NCBI GenBank assembly: GCA_034669905.1
Contig: JAXMOL010000016.1
Coordinates: 32,001-96,000, forward strand
Source of the DNA: Candidatus Hydrogenedentota bacterium
Lineage (GTDB): Bacteria; Hydrogenedentota; Hydrogenedentia; Hydrogenedentales; JAEUWI01
Length of the DNA stretch: 64,000 nucleotides
Reading direction: 5' to 3'
Within the stretch, counting starts at the first letter, position 1, and every line of letters starts with the position of its first letter. This document shows, piece after piece, positions 32,735 to 40,937 of this stretch. The notes beneath the pieces were generated by a model that was not told the origin of the DNA, did no database searches, and worked only from the letters and a program-made list of their open reading frames with translations. Position numbers and translations under genes: made by a program.

Positions 32735-33376
32735 CTACCGCCCTTTTCTCCCCGGAATATCGGGCAAATGAATGTAGAGTTTATCCCACGTGTCCCACCG
32801 CCGCAAGGCCTTTACGATGGCCGGCAGAGGAAAGGCATAGATATGGGGAAAAAAGTATTCTTCGTTGTCGTGGATCCCAAAGGCCAGGCGCTCTTCCGGC
32901 GGCGTAAACTGGGCATCCACCCCCGGCTTGTTACCCCGTGGGTCCATACGATACCAACCCACATCCGGCAGATAAACGGCATTGAGCCCATGGGTACAAT
33001 AGGGAGGCCCCGCCTCCCCCATGCTCAATCGCTGATAAACCAGACCGGCCGGAATACCGTTGGCCCGCAATAGGGCCGCCAGCAAATGGGCCTTGGCATA
33101 GCAATAGCCGGTCCCCGCGTCCAACACTTCCGACGCGCTGCAGGTCACTGGATTCAACTGGTAATCGCCACTGTGCCGGATCTGGTCCCGCACCCATTCA
33201 AAGCAGGACCGGGCCGTGTCCGCGACCACACCATCGGGTGCCCGCAGGGAATGGGCCAGGGCCTGCACGGCGGGATGCTGGGCGTCGATGACGTCGCAGG
33301 ATTCCAGGTAGGGCGCCAGCGGATCCGTCGACACCCTGGCCGATGGACGTCTACCCCGTTTCATCGGTTTCGCCAT
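32735..33376 (-). CDS. Transglutaminase-like family protein (cytoplasmic)
   Basis: GYCYAKAHLLAALLRANGIPAG, HGLNAV, WYRMDPRGNK. ATG 4 nt after the radical SAM stop. Confidence 0.88.
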   Translation of the reverse strand: MAKPMKRGRRPSARVSTDPLAPYLESCDVIDAQHPAVQALAHSLRAPDGVVADTARSCFEWVRDQIRHSGDYQLNPVTCSASEVLDAGTGYCYAKAHLLAALLRANGIPAGLVYQRLSMGEAGPPYCTHGLNAVYLPDVGWYRMDPRGNKPGVDAQFTPPEERLAFGIHDNEEYFFPHIYAFPLPAIVKALRRWDTWDKLYIHLPDIPGRKGR

Positions 33377-33380
33377 GGCG

Positions 33381-34562
33381 TCACCCGGCCGGTGTGGTGC
33401 CAAGCGCAGCAGCACCCACGGTAGCGCCCGCCTGCACCTTCCCCCCCCGATGCTCCAGGAAACAACACCCGGGGCAGGGCGCGAAAAGTTTCTGCTGGCA
33501 GGTCTGGCGGAATTCCCGCATGGTGGCGTTGTTCCAGATACTGCGGAGCGAATCTTCGCGCACGTTCCCCACCTTCTGCAGCCAACAGGGATAGGCATCG
33601 CCCAGCCGCCCGATGATGAGGGTGTTCCAGGCATTGCGGCACTGATAGGCGTGAAGGTCCAACCCCGTGCCGTCGTAGTAATCCAGCAAGTCCGCGCGCG
33701 GCATCCGGGGCAACCGCACCTCGACCCCCGCCATCTTCGCCTCCACGAGGGTACGGTCCAGGGCCTCCGCCAGGGCGCGGCGCTCAATATAGGGCCAGGC
33801 CATTTGCTCAGGCTCAAAGGAGGACGGGTCCACCTCGCCAAAGCCCGGCAGATCGTGCATCCGCGTTTCGGTAACCAGATTGAGCACATCCACGCCCACC
33901 TCGGCCACCATCTTGGGCATGAGGTGAAGGACGTCCAGGTTGTCTTGCTGAATCACGGTGGTCACATGGATGTGGGGGCATTGTTTCCCGCTGGCATCGC
34001 GGTATTTTCGGAGGAGCCGGATGCCCGACATGCTCTTATCCCACGCACCCCGCAGCTTGCGAATTGCATCGTGTCGTTCGCCGGGCCCTTCAATAGAGGT
34101 ACCGGCAAAGTTGAAACCCATGCCGCCGGTGCGCCGGGGTGCCAAATTGACGATGGCCTCCGCCCGTTCTTCGGGGAGCATGGTCGTGTTGGAAATAAAG
34201 TGGGTGCGCGAACGGCGGCTCGCGAAGGTCAGGAGCTCCATGAAGTCTTTGCGGACAAAGGCTTCGCCCCCCGTGAAGGTCACGAGGCTGAAGCGCTGTA
34301 CCTGGGCCAGCACATCGAGCCACTCCTGGGTGGAAAGCTCGCCCTGCCGCTGTTCTTTCACCGGCACGTTTTCCAGCCAGTCGATGTATTGGCACATCTT
34401 ACAGCGCAGATTACAGCGCCGGGTTACCTCGATGAAGTAGTGCCACGCAGGCAGGGAATACCCCGACTTCACATAGCGGTAGGGCACTTCGCTATAAGCC
34501 CGCTGAGCAAAGTCATAGAGTCGCGATAACTGAAACCGGCTCTGTTTATCTTGGGTGCTCAT
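33381..34562 (-). CDS. Radical SAM protein with SPASM/twitch domain
   Basis: CNLRCKMC, TGGE, C-terminal CRNAW...GDAYPC...GNV...CPGCC. Confidence 0.93.
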   Translation of the reverse strand: MSTQDKQSRFQLSRLYDFAQRAYSEVPYRYVKSGYSLPAWHYFIEVTRRCNLRCKMCQYIDWLENVPVKEQRQGELSTQEWLDVLAQVQRFSLVTFTGGEAFVRKDFMELLTFASRRSRTHFISNTTMLPEERAEAIVNLAPRRTGGMGFNFAGTSIEGPGERHDAIRKLRGAWDKSMSGIRLLRKYRDASGKQCPHIHVTTVIQQDNLDVLHLMPKMVAEVGVDVLNLVTETRMHDLPGFGEVDPSSFEPEQMAWPYIERRALAEALDRTLVEAKMAGVEVRLPRMPRADLLDYYDGTGLDLHAYQCRNAWNTLIIGRLGDAYPCWLQKVGNVREDSLRSIWNNATMREFRQTCQQKLFAPCPGCCFLEHRGGKVQAGATVGAAALGTTPAG

Positions 34563-34800
34563 GGGACCTCGCCTCTGTGATGAATGGACTTGAGTCTATT
34601 CTATCACTTGAGCGACCACCTCGCCGAATTGCTTTGTGGGACGGGTGGGACCGGTGAGACCTGCCCGTTAATAGCCTCTACCCTGGCTGGGACAACACCG
34701 GACAGGGCACCTGCTCCAAGCCTCCGAGATTTCGAGAGTTCGTATCACCTTTCCTTCTTAAGATTACGCCCGCAAATCAGGGCTGAAGAAATTCCGACTT

Positions 34801-34945
34801 TTGACCACGGATTAATCGGATAATACGGATAGAAGAACATAGACTAAGAGCCGGTTAGCTCAACGAAACCATCGTACGTATGCATTGTACAGAGCCGAGT
34901 AGCGGTAGGTATTCATTTCAATACATCCGTTTTATCCGTGGTCAA
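34801..34945. repeat. Inverted repeat pair with 9-nt CGGAT periodicity
   Basis: TTGACCACGGAT...ATCCGTGGTCAA enclosing about 90 bp. Confidence 0.7.
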
Positions 34946-35230
34946 TCATGTTGATTGCTACCCAGTACGCTCTCACCACAGCGGTACAGAAAACCGAAGA
35001 GAACATTTCGTCTCTGCGCTCCTTGCGTTCTTATGCGTCCACTAAAATTCGTGTGAATTCGTGGTTCAACTTTTTTCGGGTTGCGACCAACGGCTGCGCC
35101 AGGCTTTCCGTGCTGGAAACCCGCCCCCGACAAGTCGCCCTCCTGATGCCGCCACCTCAACCGACTGTCACCGTCCTGGCCAAGAAAATAGAATCGCCAG
35201 GACTATTGACTCTTTCGAGGTGATACTGTA

Positions 35231-35246
35231 ATTTTACTAGTAAAAT
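35231..35246. promoter_or_regulatory. Perfect 16-bp palindrome, candidate operator
   Basis: ATTTTACTAGTAAAAT, overlapping a putative -10 downstream of TTGACT (35206-35211). Confidence 0.55.
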
Positions 35247-35286
35247 ATTTACCCCAAACCCCCTACCCATGAGAGATGCAACGACT

Positions 35287-35664
35287 ATGGCCGAAATAAT
35301 GCACAAGACAGGATACAAGTGGCTCTACGATGCCACACGCGCGAAAGTTTCCAGCAAGCTGCAAAAAGAGGGTGCCGATGTGGAGAACATTCAGAAGTTC
35401 TTCAAAAAGTTAGACAAGAAAGTAAAAACGTCCGGCGGCACCATGATGCCCCTGGCCCAGGCCGCCTTCATCGCCACGGCGAAGGAAATTTATAAGAAGA
35501 AAAAGCCCGCCCCAAAAGAAGGCACGACCTACAGTGCGAAAGAGCAAGAGCAACTGAACGAACTGCAGAAAAAGATCGGGGCCAAAATCAGTGGGACCGT
35601 GCGCTATAAGAAGGGCGAAATCATTTTGCTCATGAATGGCGAGCAGGTGGCCAGCGTGAAGTAA
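35287..35664 (+). CDS. Small lysine-rich hypothetical protein
   Basis: 125 aa with 24 Lys; own putative promoter and downstream hairpin. Alternative start at 35269. Confidence 0.75.
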   Translation: MAEIMHKTGYKWLYDATRAKVSSKLQKEGADVENIQKFFKKLDKKVKTSGGTMMPLAQAAFIATAKEIYKKKKPAPKEGTTYSAKEQEQLNELQKKIGAKISGTVRYKKGEIILLMNGEQVASVK

Positions 35665-35687
35665 CTCGCCTCTCCTGAAAACAGCGA

Positions 35688-35737
35688 CCAACCCCGAATG
35701 CACCCGCCTTTGGGGTTGTTGCTTTTTCGGGGGTTGG
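35688..35737 (+). terminator. Probable terminator hairpin
   Basis: CAACCCCGAA...TTTGGGGTTG followed by TTGCTTTTT. Confidence 0.55.
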
Positions 35738-36010
35738 TGACGCCATAGCCACCCGTCCCACCTTCCGTGAATTTCCGTGTATTCCGTGATAGAAGGTCCA
35801 CCGCGACATTTCGCTCTTCCAGATCGTTGTGCTATGCTCTCTAGTCGAATGCCCTTTTGTCATTCAAGGAGAAGCGTGGGGATAGCAGGCCAACGCCCCT
35901 GGTCGCCTGACCTGTCCCCGAGAGCCACGCGGTGTGCAAGGCTGCCCACCACGCAACATGTGCGCGTTTCCTTCGCCCCGGCGAAGACCACGCGCCCCGG
36001 GAAGATCGTC

Positions 36011-37603
36011 ATGAAAAAAACGGACACCATTTACCTTGTTTCCAACGGAGACTTTCGCGACTCGGCCTGCGAAACCTGCTGGCCCATGCAGGACGACACC
36101 CTGAAACAGGTGCGGAAAGCCTTTAAGAAACTCGGCTATAAGACCGAGACCGTCACCAAGTATGACGCCAAGCGGAAGCACGGCTTTGTCACCAAGCAGT
36201 GTGAAGGCGCGGAAATTTTCTCGAAGATCGACCCCAAGGCCCCCGTGGTTATCGTGCTCAGCTGCTGGGCCTATGCCCACCACGTGTGCGGCCCCCTGCA
36301 GGCCCACGAAGGCCCCAAGCTCCTCCTCGGCAACTTCGACGGCACCTGGCCCGGCCTCGTCGCCCTGCTCAATCACGCCGGCACCCTGGAGCGCCTCCAT
36401 GTGAAGCACTCCCGCCTCTGGACCGACAGCTTCCTCAAAGACGACTACTTCATGGAAAAGCTCGGCGACTGGTGCGCCAAGGGTGACATCAAACACAGCA
36501 CCAAACACCTCACGGACGCAGAGAAGGCGAAGATCTCCCCGGCGGCCACGAAGTTTGGTAAGGAACTGGCCGAAGACATCAAGACCAACCGCCGCATCAT
36601 GGGCCAGCTCGACCCCGGCTGTATGGGCATGCTCAATGCCGTCATGGACCCCGCCCACCTGGGCAAAATCGGTATGCCCATCGAATACCTCAACCAATCC
36701 GACCTCATGGCCGAAATGGAACTGGTGAGCGATGAGGAAGCCCAGAAGCACCTCAACTGGCTGGTGAAAAAAGGCACCTGGTTTGACTGGGGCACCGACC
36801 AATACACCGACCTCGTCCACGGCCAGGTATTGGAGCAGATGAAGATCTACTCCGCCGCCTGCCGCCTCGTGGAACGCTTTGGCCTTTCCGCCATCGGCAT
36901 CCCCTATCAGCTTGGTCTTGTGCGTTGCACCGCCGCCACCGACCTGGTGGAAGGCATGCTCAACAACATCGACCGCCCCGCCGTCAAAGACCCGACCACC
37001 AAAAACATCGTCAAAAAGGGCAAGGCCATCCCCCACTTCAACGAAGGGGACATGGGCTCCGGCATACCCCAGCTTCTTATGCACGATATCTACGAGCGCA
37101 AGGGAATGCCCACCGAAACCACCCTCCACGATGTGCGTTGGGGCCGCGAATGGGAAGACAAATACGTCTGGGTCTTCCTCATCTCCGGTGGCGCACCGCC
37201 CGCCCACTACGGTGGCTGGAAAAAGACCAACGTCTACCGTCAGCCCGCCATGTACTTCCCCAAAGGCGGCGGCACCTGCTCCGGCGTCTCCAAGCCCGGC
37301 GTCATCACCTGGGCACGCTGCTATGAGCAGTTCGGCGAACTTGGCATGGACGTGGGCACCGGTGAAGTCCTCGACCTGCCCGAAGCGGAAGTCCAGGATC
37401 GCCTCGACCGTACAACCCCCGTGTGGCCCATCGCCAACGTACACATTCCCGGCTACGACCGCAACGAGATGATGGCCACCCACATGTCCAACCACATCAC
37501 CATGGGCTACGGCGACATCCTCGAAGAACTCATTGCCACCTGCCGCCACCTCGGCATCAAGACCCGCGTCGCCGGTGACGCCGGCAAGGCGCTGAAGAAG
37601 TAA
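36011..37603 (+). CDS. L-fucose/L-arabinose isomerase-family protein
   Basis: WPGLVALLN, HFNEGD, LHDVRWG, YFPKGGGT, SNHITMGYG (FucI-like E/D/H metal ligands). Confidence 0.82.
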   Translation: MKKTDTIYLVSNGDFRDSACETCWPMQDDTLKQVRKAFKKLGYKTETVTKYDAKRKHGFVTKQCEGAEIFSKIDPKAPVVIVLSCWAYAHHVCGPLQAHEGPKLLLGNFDGTWPGLVALLNHAGTLERLHVKHSRLWTDSFLKDDYFMEKLGDWCAKGDIKHSTKHLTDAEKAKISPAATKFGKELAEDIKTNRRIMGQLDPGCMGMLNAVMDPAHLGKIGMPIEYLNQSDLMAEMELVSDEEAQKHLNWLVKKGTWFDWGTDQYTDLVHGQVLEQMKIYSAACRLVERFGLSAIGIPYQLGLVRCTAATDLVEGMLNNIDRPAVKDPTTKNIVKKGKAIPHFNEGDMGSGIPQLLMHDIYERKGMPTETTLHDVRWGREWEDKYVWVFLISGGAPPAHYGGWKKTNVYRQPAMYFPKGGGTCSGVSKPGVITWARCYEQFGELGMDVGTGEVLDLPEAEVQDRLDRTTPVWPIANVHIPGYDRNEMMATHMSNHITMGYGDILEELIATCRHLGIKTRVAGDAGKALKK

Positions 37604-37628
37604 TACCAAATCACAAACAAGACCCACC

Positions 37629-38220
37629 ACGGCCCGGATGGCAAGACGCTATCCGGGCCGTTTTCGTGGATACTGTTTTATGGGACCGGTGAGACAGGTA
37701 GGACCAGTGGGTAACGAACACCAATCTCGCCAAATGGAGTTTTGGCTCCGCGCCCACAACCCATCATTCCTATTGATAGCACCTTTTGAACCACAAAGAA
37801 CGCAGAGAGCTCAAAAGTATTTCTTCTCTGAGATCTCTGAGTTCTCTGCGTTCTTTGTGGTCAATCTCTCCCCCTCTTATTCGTGTTAATTCGTGTCCAT
37901 TCGTGGTTTAAAAAATAATCCCAAGCGCATGAGTAATTTTCCTTCCACGGCGGACTGGATGGCAAGACGCTATCCGGGCCGTTTCTGTGTGGGACCCGTG
38001 GGACATGTGGGACCCGTGGGACAGCAGATGACGGACGCCAATCTCGCCAGACAGGTACTTGGCTCCGCGCCCACAACCCAATCATGTTTTTGAGTGAATT
38101 TTTTAACCACAAAGAACGCAGAGAACACAGAAAACAAACTTCTTTGTGCTCTCTGCGTTTTTTGTGGTTAATTCCCCCCTCTTATTCGTGTTAATTGGTG
38201 TCCATTCGTGGTTTAAAAAT
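37629..38220. repeat. Tandem duplication of a ~280-bp mosaic unit (terminator hairpin plus REP-like modules)
   Basis: Copies at about 37629-37916 and 37947-38220 share GGATGGCAAGACGCTATCCGGGCCGTTT, CCAATCTCGCCA, TTGGCTCCGCGCCCACAACCCA, AACCACAAAGAACGCAGAGA and CTCTTATTCGTGTTAATT. Confidence 0.9.
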
Positions 38221-38357
38221 CACTCCTCCCCCGTCTATATCCACAGGCCAATCGCTCGGTGGTGCGAGCCCGTCCCCTTTGCCATTCGTGGTTCAAAACG
38301 TCAATCGCGTCGTGCTACGCTAATCCTTCAGGACTATTGCCACCCCAGGAGCCGCCC

Positions 38358-39680
38358 ATGAACCGTCGCCAGTTTCTCGTAACGACCAGCCTCGCCGCCA
38401 GCACCGTTGCCTGGGGCGCGCCCCTCGCCCCTGAATACCAACCCGCCGACCGCTTCGTCCTTTCCAACGCGGGCAGCGGGCGGGCCACGGCCTATTCGGA
38501 AACCAACAAGGTCGTGACGGTGAACGGCAAGACCCACGCCTCCTGGCTCGACGCCACGGCGGAGGGCTTCCGGGTCCGCATCCGCACGCTGGACCACAGC
38601 ACGGGCACCTGGTCCGAGGCCTTCGCCATCGGCGAGGGACAGGACAATCACGGCGGGCCCTCCCTCACGGTGGACAGCAAGGGCTATCTCCACGTGGCCT
38701 ACTATGCCCACAACGGCCCCATGCGCTACCGCCGCTCCCTTCGACCCAACGACGCGTCCGAATGGACCCGCTATCTCGAGGTGGGCGAAGCCCTCTCCTA
38801 CCCCACCCTGGTCTGCCGCGCCGATGACACCCTCCTCCTCACGGGACGCAGCTACCACAAGATCGAGCCATGGACCTGCCAGCTCTTCACCAAGGGCAAA
38901 TCCGGCACCTGGGATGAAGGCCGCGCGCTGCTCCAGGCGAAGGAAACCGGCTACGCCCAATTTATGGATGCCATGGCGTGGAGCCCCGACCACCAAACCC
39001 TCCACATGAGCTTCTGGTTCTATGGCGGAGACCCCGGCATTGGCAAGACCATCGGCTATCTGCAAAGTCCCGACGGCGGCACGACCTGGACGGGCCGTGA
39101 TGGCACGCCCGTATCCCTTCCCGCCAACGAAGACACGGTCGACATCGTCCATCGTATGGCACCCGACGCCACCGCCGGACTCCGGGGTTCGCGGTTGGCC
39201 GTTGCACCCGACGGTACGCCCCACGTGCTCTGGTCCGATTACGCACCACGCCCCCAGGCGGCCTGGCTTTCTCACCCCACACCCGACGGAACCTGGAAGG
39301 CCGTGAAGCTCAACACCTTCCTTCCCGCTGCCTTTCAAGATTGGGGACTCCTCACCCCGGGCGGTGTGACCTTCAATGACCAGGGCGATTGCTTCGTGGC
39401 GCTCACCTTGTTCAAACCCAAAGAACCCGCCGACCAGGCCACGGCCGCCCGTCCGGCGCAAGACATGGCCCTCTTCCGCTCCCAGGGCGGCGCCGCGAAG
39501 TTCAGTTGCGAAATCCTGCCCTTCAACGAAGCCACACAGAATCGCTGGCTCCCCAACCTCGAAGTGCAAACAGGCTTCAACACCGTGGCCGAGGGACCGG
39601 GGCTGATTTTCACCGAAGGGGAGCGGGGCGACGGACTGGACGACGTCTTGAACAACAAAGTCCACTGGTTGCGCATGTAG
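38358..39680 (+). CDS. Tat-exported BNR-repeat (BNR_4-like) beta-propeller protein
   Basis: MNRRQFL twin-arginine signal; DNHGGPSLTVDSKGYLHV; SPDGGTTW Asp-box. Confidence 0.88.
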   Translation: MNRRQFLVTTSLAASTVAWGAPLAPEYQPADRFVLSNAGSGRATAYSETNKVVTVNGKTHASWLDATAEGFRVRIRTLDHSTGTWSEAFAIGEGQDNHGGPSLTVDSKGYLHVAYYAHNGPMRYRRSLRPNDASEWTRYLEVGEALSYPTLVCRADDTLLLTGRSYHKIEPWTCQLFTKGKSGTWDEGRALLQAKETGYAQFMDAMAWSPDHQTLHMSFWFYGGDPGIGKTIGYLQSPDGGTTWTGRDGTPVSLPANEDTVDIVHRMAPDATAGLRGSRLAVAPDGTPHVLWSDYAPRPQAAWLSHPTPDGTWKAVKLNTFLPAAFQDWGLLTPGGVTFNDQGDCFVALTLFKPKEPADQATAARPAQDMALFRSQGGAAKFSCEILPFNEATQNRWLPNLEVQTGFNTVAEGPGLIFTEGERGDGLDDVLNNKVHWLRM

Positions 39681-39727
39681 GAACAGAACCGGCTGCCGCC
39701 AAAGGCACTCCCTTCACATACCCACTA

Positions 39728-39759
39728 TTGAAACTGGGTTCTCATTATCATATAATGAG
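39728..39759 (+). promoter_or_regulatory. Sigma-70 promoter with overlapping palindromic (Fur-family-like) operator
   Basis: TTGAAA-17 bp-TATAAT; perfect inverted repeat CTCATTAT-CAT-ATAATGAG at 39741-39759. Confidence 0.75.
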
Positions 39760-39777
39760 TCAAGTCCCGGTGAAACC

Positions 39778-39874
39778 CGAAGAAGTCTGGCCAGAACCCG
39801 CTTATCGCATGTCATGAGCGAAGACACCGGTGCGCAGCGGCCCCTACCGAGGTCGTGTCTAAGCAGACTTCTCG
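39778..39874 (+). ncRNA. Candidate structured 5' leader RNA (three-way junction)
   Basis: P1 AGAAGTCTG/CAGACTTCT; P2 CGCTTAT/ATGAGCG; P3 AGACAC/GTGTCT with inner CGGT/ACCG. Matches no riboswitch consensus I recognise. Confidence 0.4.
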
Positions 39875-39892
39875 TGAAAATGGTGGAAAGTC

Positions 39893-40471
39893 ATGTCAAC
39901 CTTTAAGAATTGTCTGGATACTGTTGGCGCCTGTGCGTCCTTGCTCTGCATGGTCCACTGTCTTGCCACGCCCCTGCTCCTGGCACTGCTGGCAGGCAGT
40001 GCACAATTTGGCGGCTCAACAGCGGCCATCGTAAACGCCGCCCCCGTGGCGGAACCTGGCACCGTGCCAACCTGCGACCATCACGGCCGTGCGCCCGAAG
40101 TGCGGTCGGGCGAAACCAGTTCGTGTGCCACGGCATGCGAGACCGAGGTGGAGGAAGCGTCCCACACGACCTGCTGCAGTGGCACGACCGACACCATCGT
40201 CCACGCGTCTTTCCTCGGTATGGCCTTGCCCCTGGGCCTGTGGGCGTGGGTGATCGGCTATAAACGACACGGACATCTGGGCAGTGTCGTCGTCGGTGGA
40301 GTTGGCCTCGTCCTGCTCACCGCCGCCCTGCTGTCAACGCAGCTGCATAGCCCCTGGCCGGTGGAACAACCGCTTACGGTGTCGGGAAGTCTTTGCATCC
40401 TGGTCGCCCATTGGTGGAATCATCGACGCCGTATCTGCTGTCACGGGCCGCACCCGAAACTTGCCGAATAG
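39893..40471 (+). CDS. MerC-domain membrane protein with Cys/His-rich insertion
   Basis: LDTVGACASLLCMVHCLATP, GYKRHG, LVAHWWN. Confidence 0.85.
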   Translation: MSTFKNCLDTVGACASLLCMVHCLATPLLLALLAGSAQFGGSTAAIVNAAPVAEPGTVPTCDHHGRAPEVRSGETSSCATACETEVEEASHTTCCSGTTDTIVHASFLGMALPLGLWAWVIGYKRHGHLGSVVVGGVGLVLLTAALLSTQLHSPWPVEQPLTVSGSLCILVAHWWNHRRRICCHGPHPKLAE

Positions 40472-40485
40472 GGCGTTGGCACACG

Positions 40486-40648
40486 CCGATCCCTGCCCGC
40501 CAGCGAAGACATCGTTCAAGGCATGGGCCCCACCCCAAGCTCGAAGTACAAGCGGGCTTCAACACCGTCGCGGATTTACACCGAAGGCGCGCGGGGTGAC
40601 GGACTGGACGACGTCTTTAACAACAAGGTCCACGGGCGCCGGATGTAA
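40486..40648 (+). pseudogene. Degenerate duplicate of the 3' end of the BNR gene (39511-39680)
   Basis: Encodes LEVQAGFNTVA / TEGARGDGLDDVFNNKVHGRRM* versus LEVQTGFNTVA...TEGERGDGLDDVLNNKVHWLRM*, with an internal deletion. Confidence 0.85.
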
Positions 40649-40711
40649 GGCTGGTCATCCGCCTACGATACAAGCAGAACGATCCGTAGACTTTCCCGAG
40701 GGCGAGTGAAA

Positions 40712-40794
40712 GTCATTCCCGCGAAGGCGGGAATCCAGTGGGTATTCACATGCACCTGGCCGCGTTACTGGATCCCCGCCTTCGCGGGGATGAC
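40712..40794. repeat. RS3/REP-like doublet
   Basis: GTCATTCCCGCGAAGGCGGGAATCCAG...CTGGATCCCCGCCTTCGCGGGGATGAC. Confidence 0.9.
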
Positions 40795-40937
40795 GGCTGT
40801 GGAAAATTCGTCGGCACACTAAGCGGAAAAGAGCACGGTGAAGAGAGCCCTTTGTGCGCTCTGCGTTCTTTGAGGTCGAGTCAATAAGTCTTCATTCGCG
40901 TTAATTCGTGTCTATTCGTGGTCCACACCCGTTGTAC

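Noticed and set aside
32735..33889. 384-aa version of the transglutaminase ORF (similarly the extended starts of 5191..6456, 24722..25372, 35777..37603 and 59210..60421)
   Set aside because: The extensions overlap upstream genes or intergenic DNA; downstream ATGs with an RBS or translational coupling fit better.
37629..38220. Possible degenerate CRISPR array
   Set aside because: Only two long mosaic copies; no regular repeat-spacer period.
39893..40471. Mercury resistance operon
   Set aside because: No merA, merR, merT or merP; the promoter has a 17-bp spacer rather than the 19-bp MerR type.
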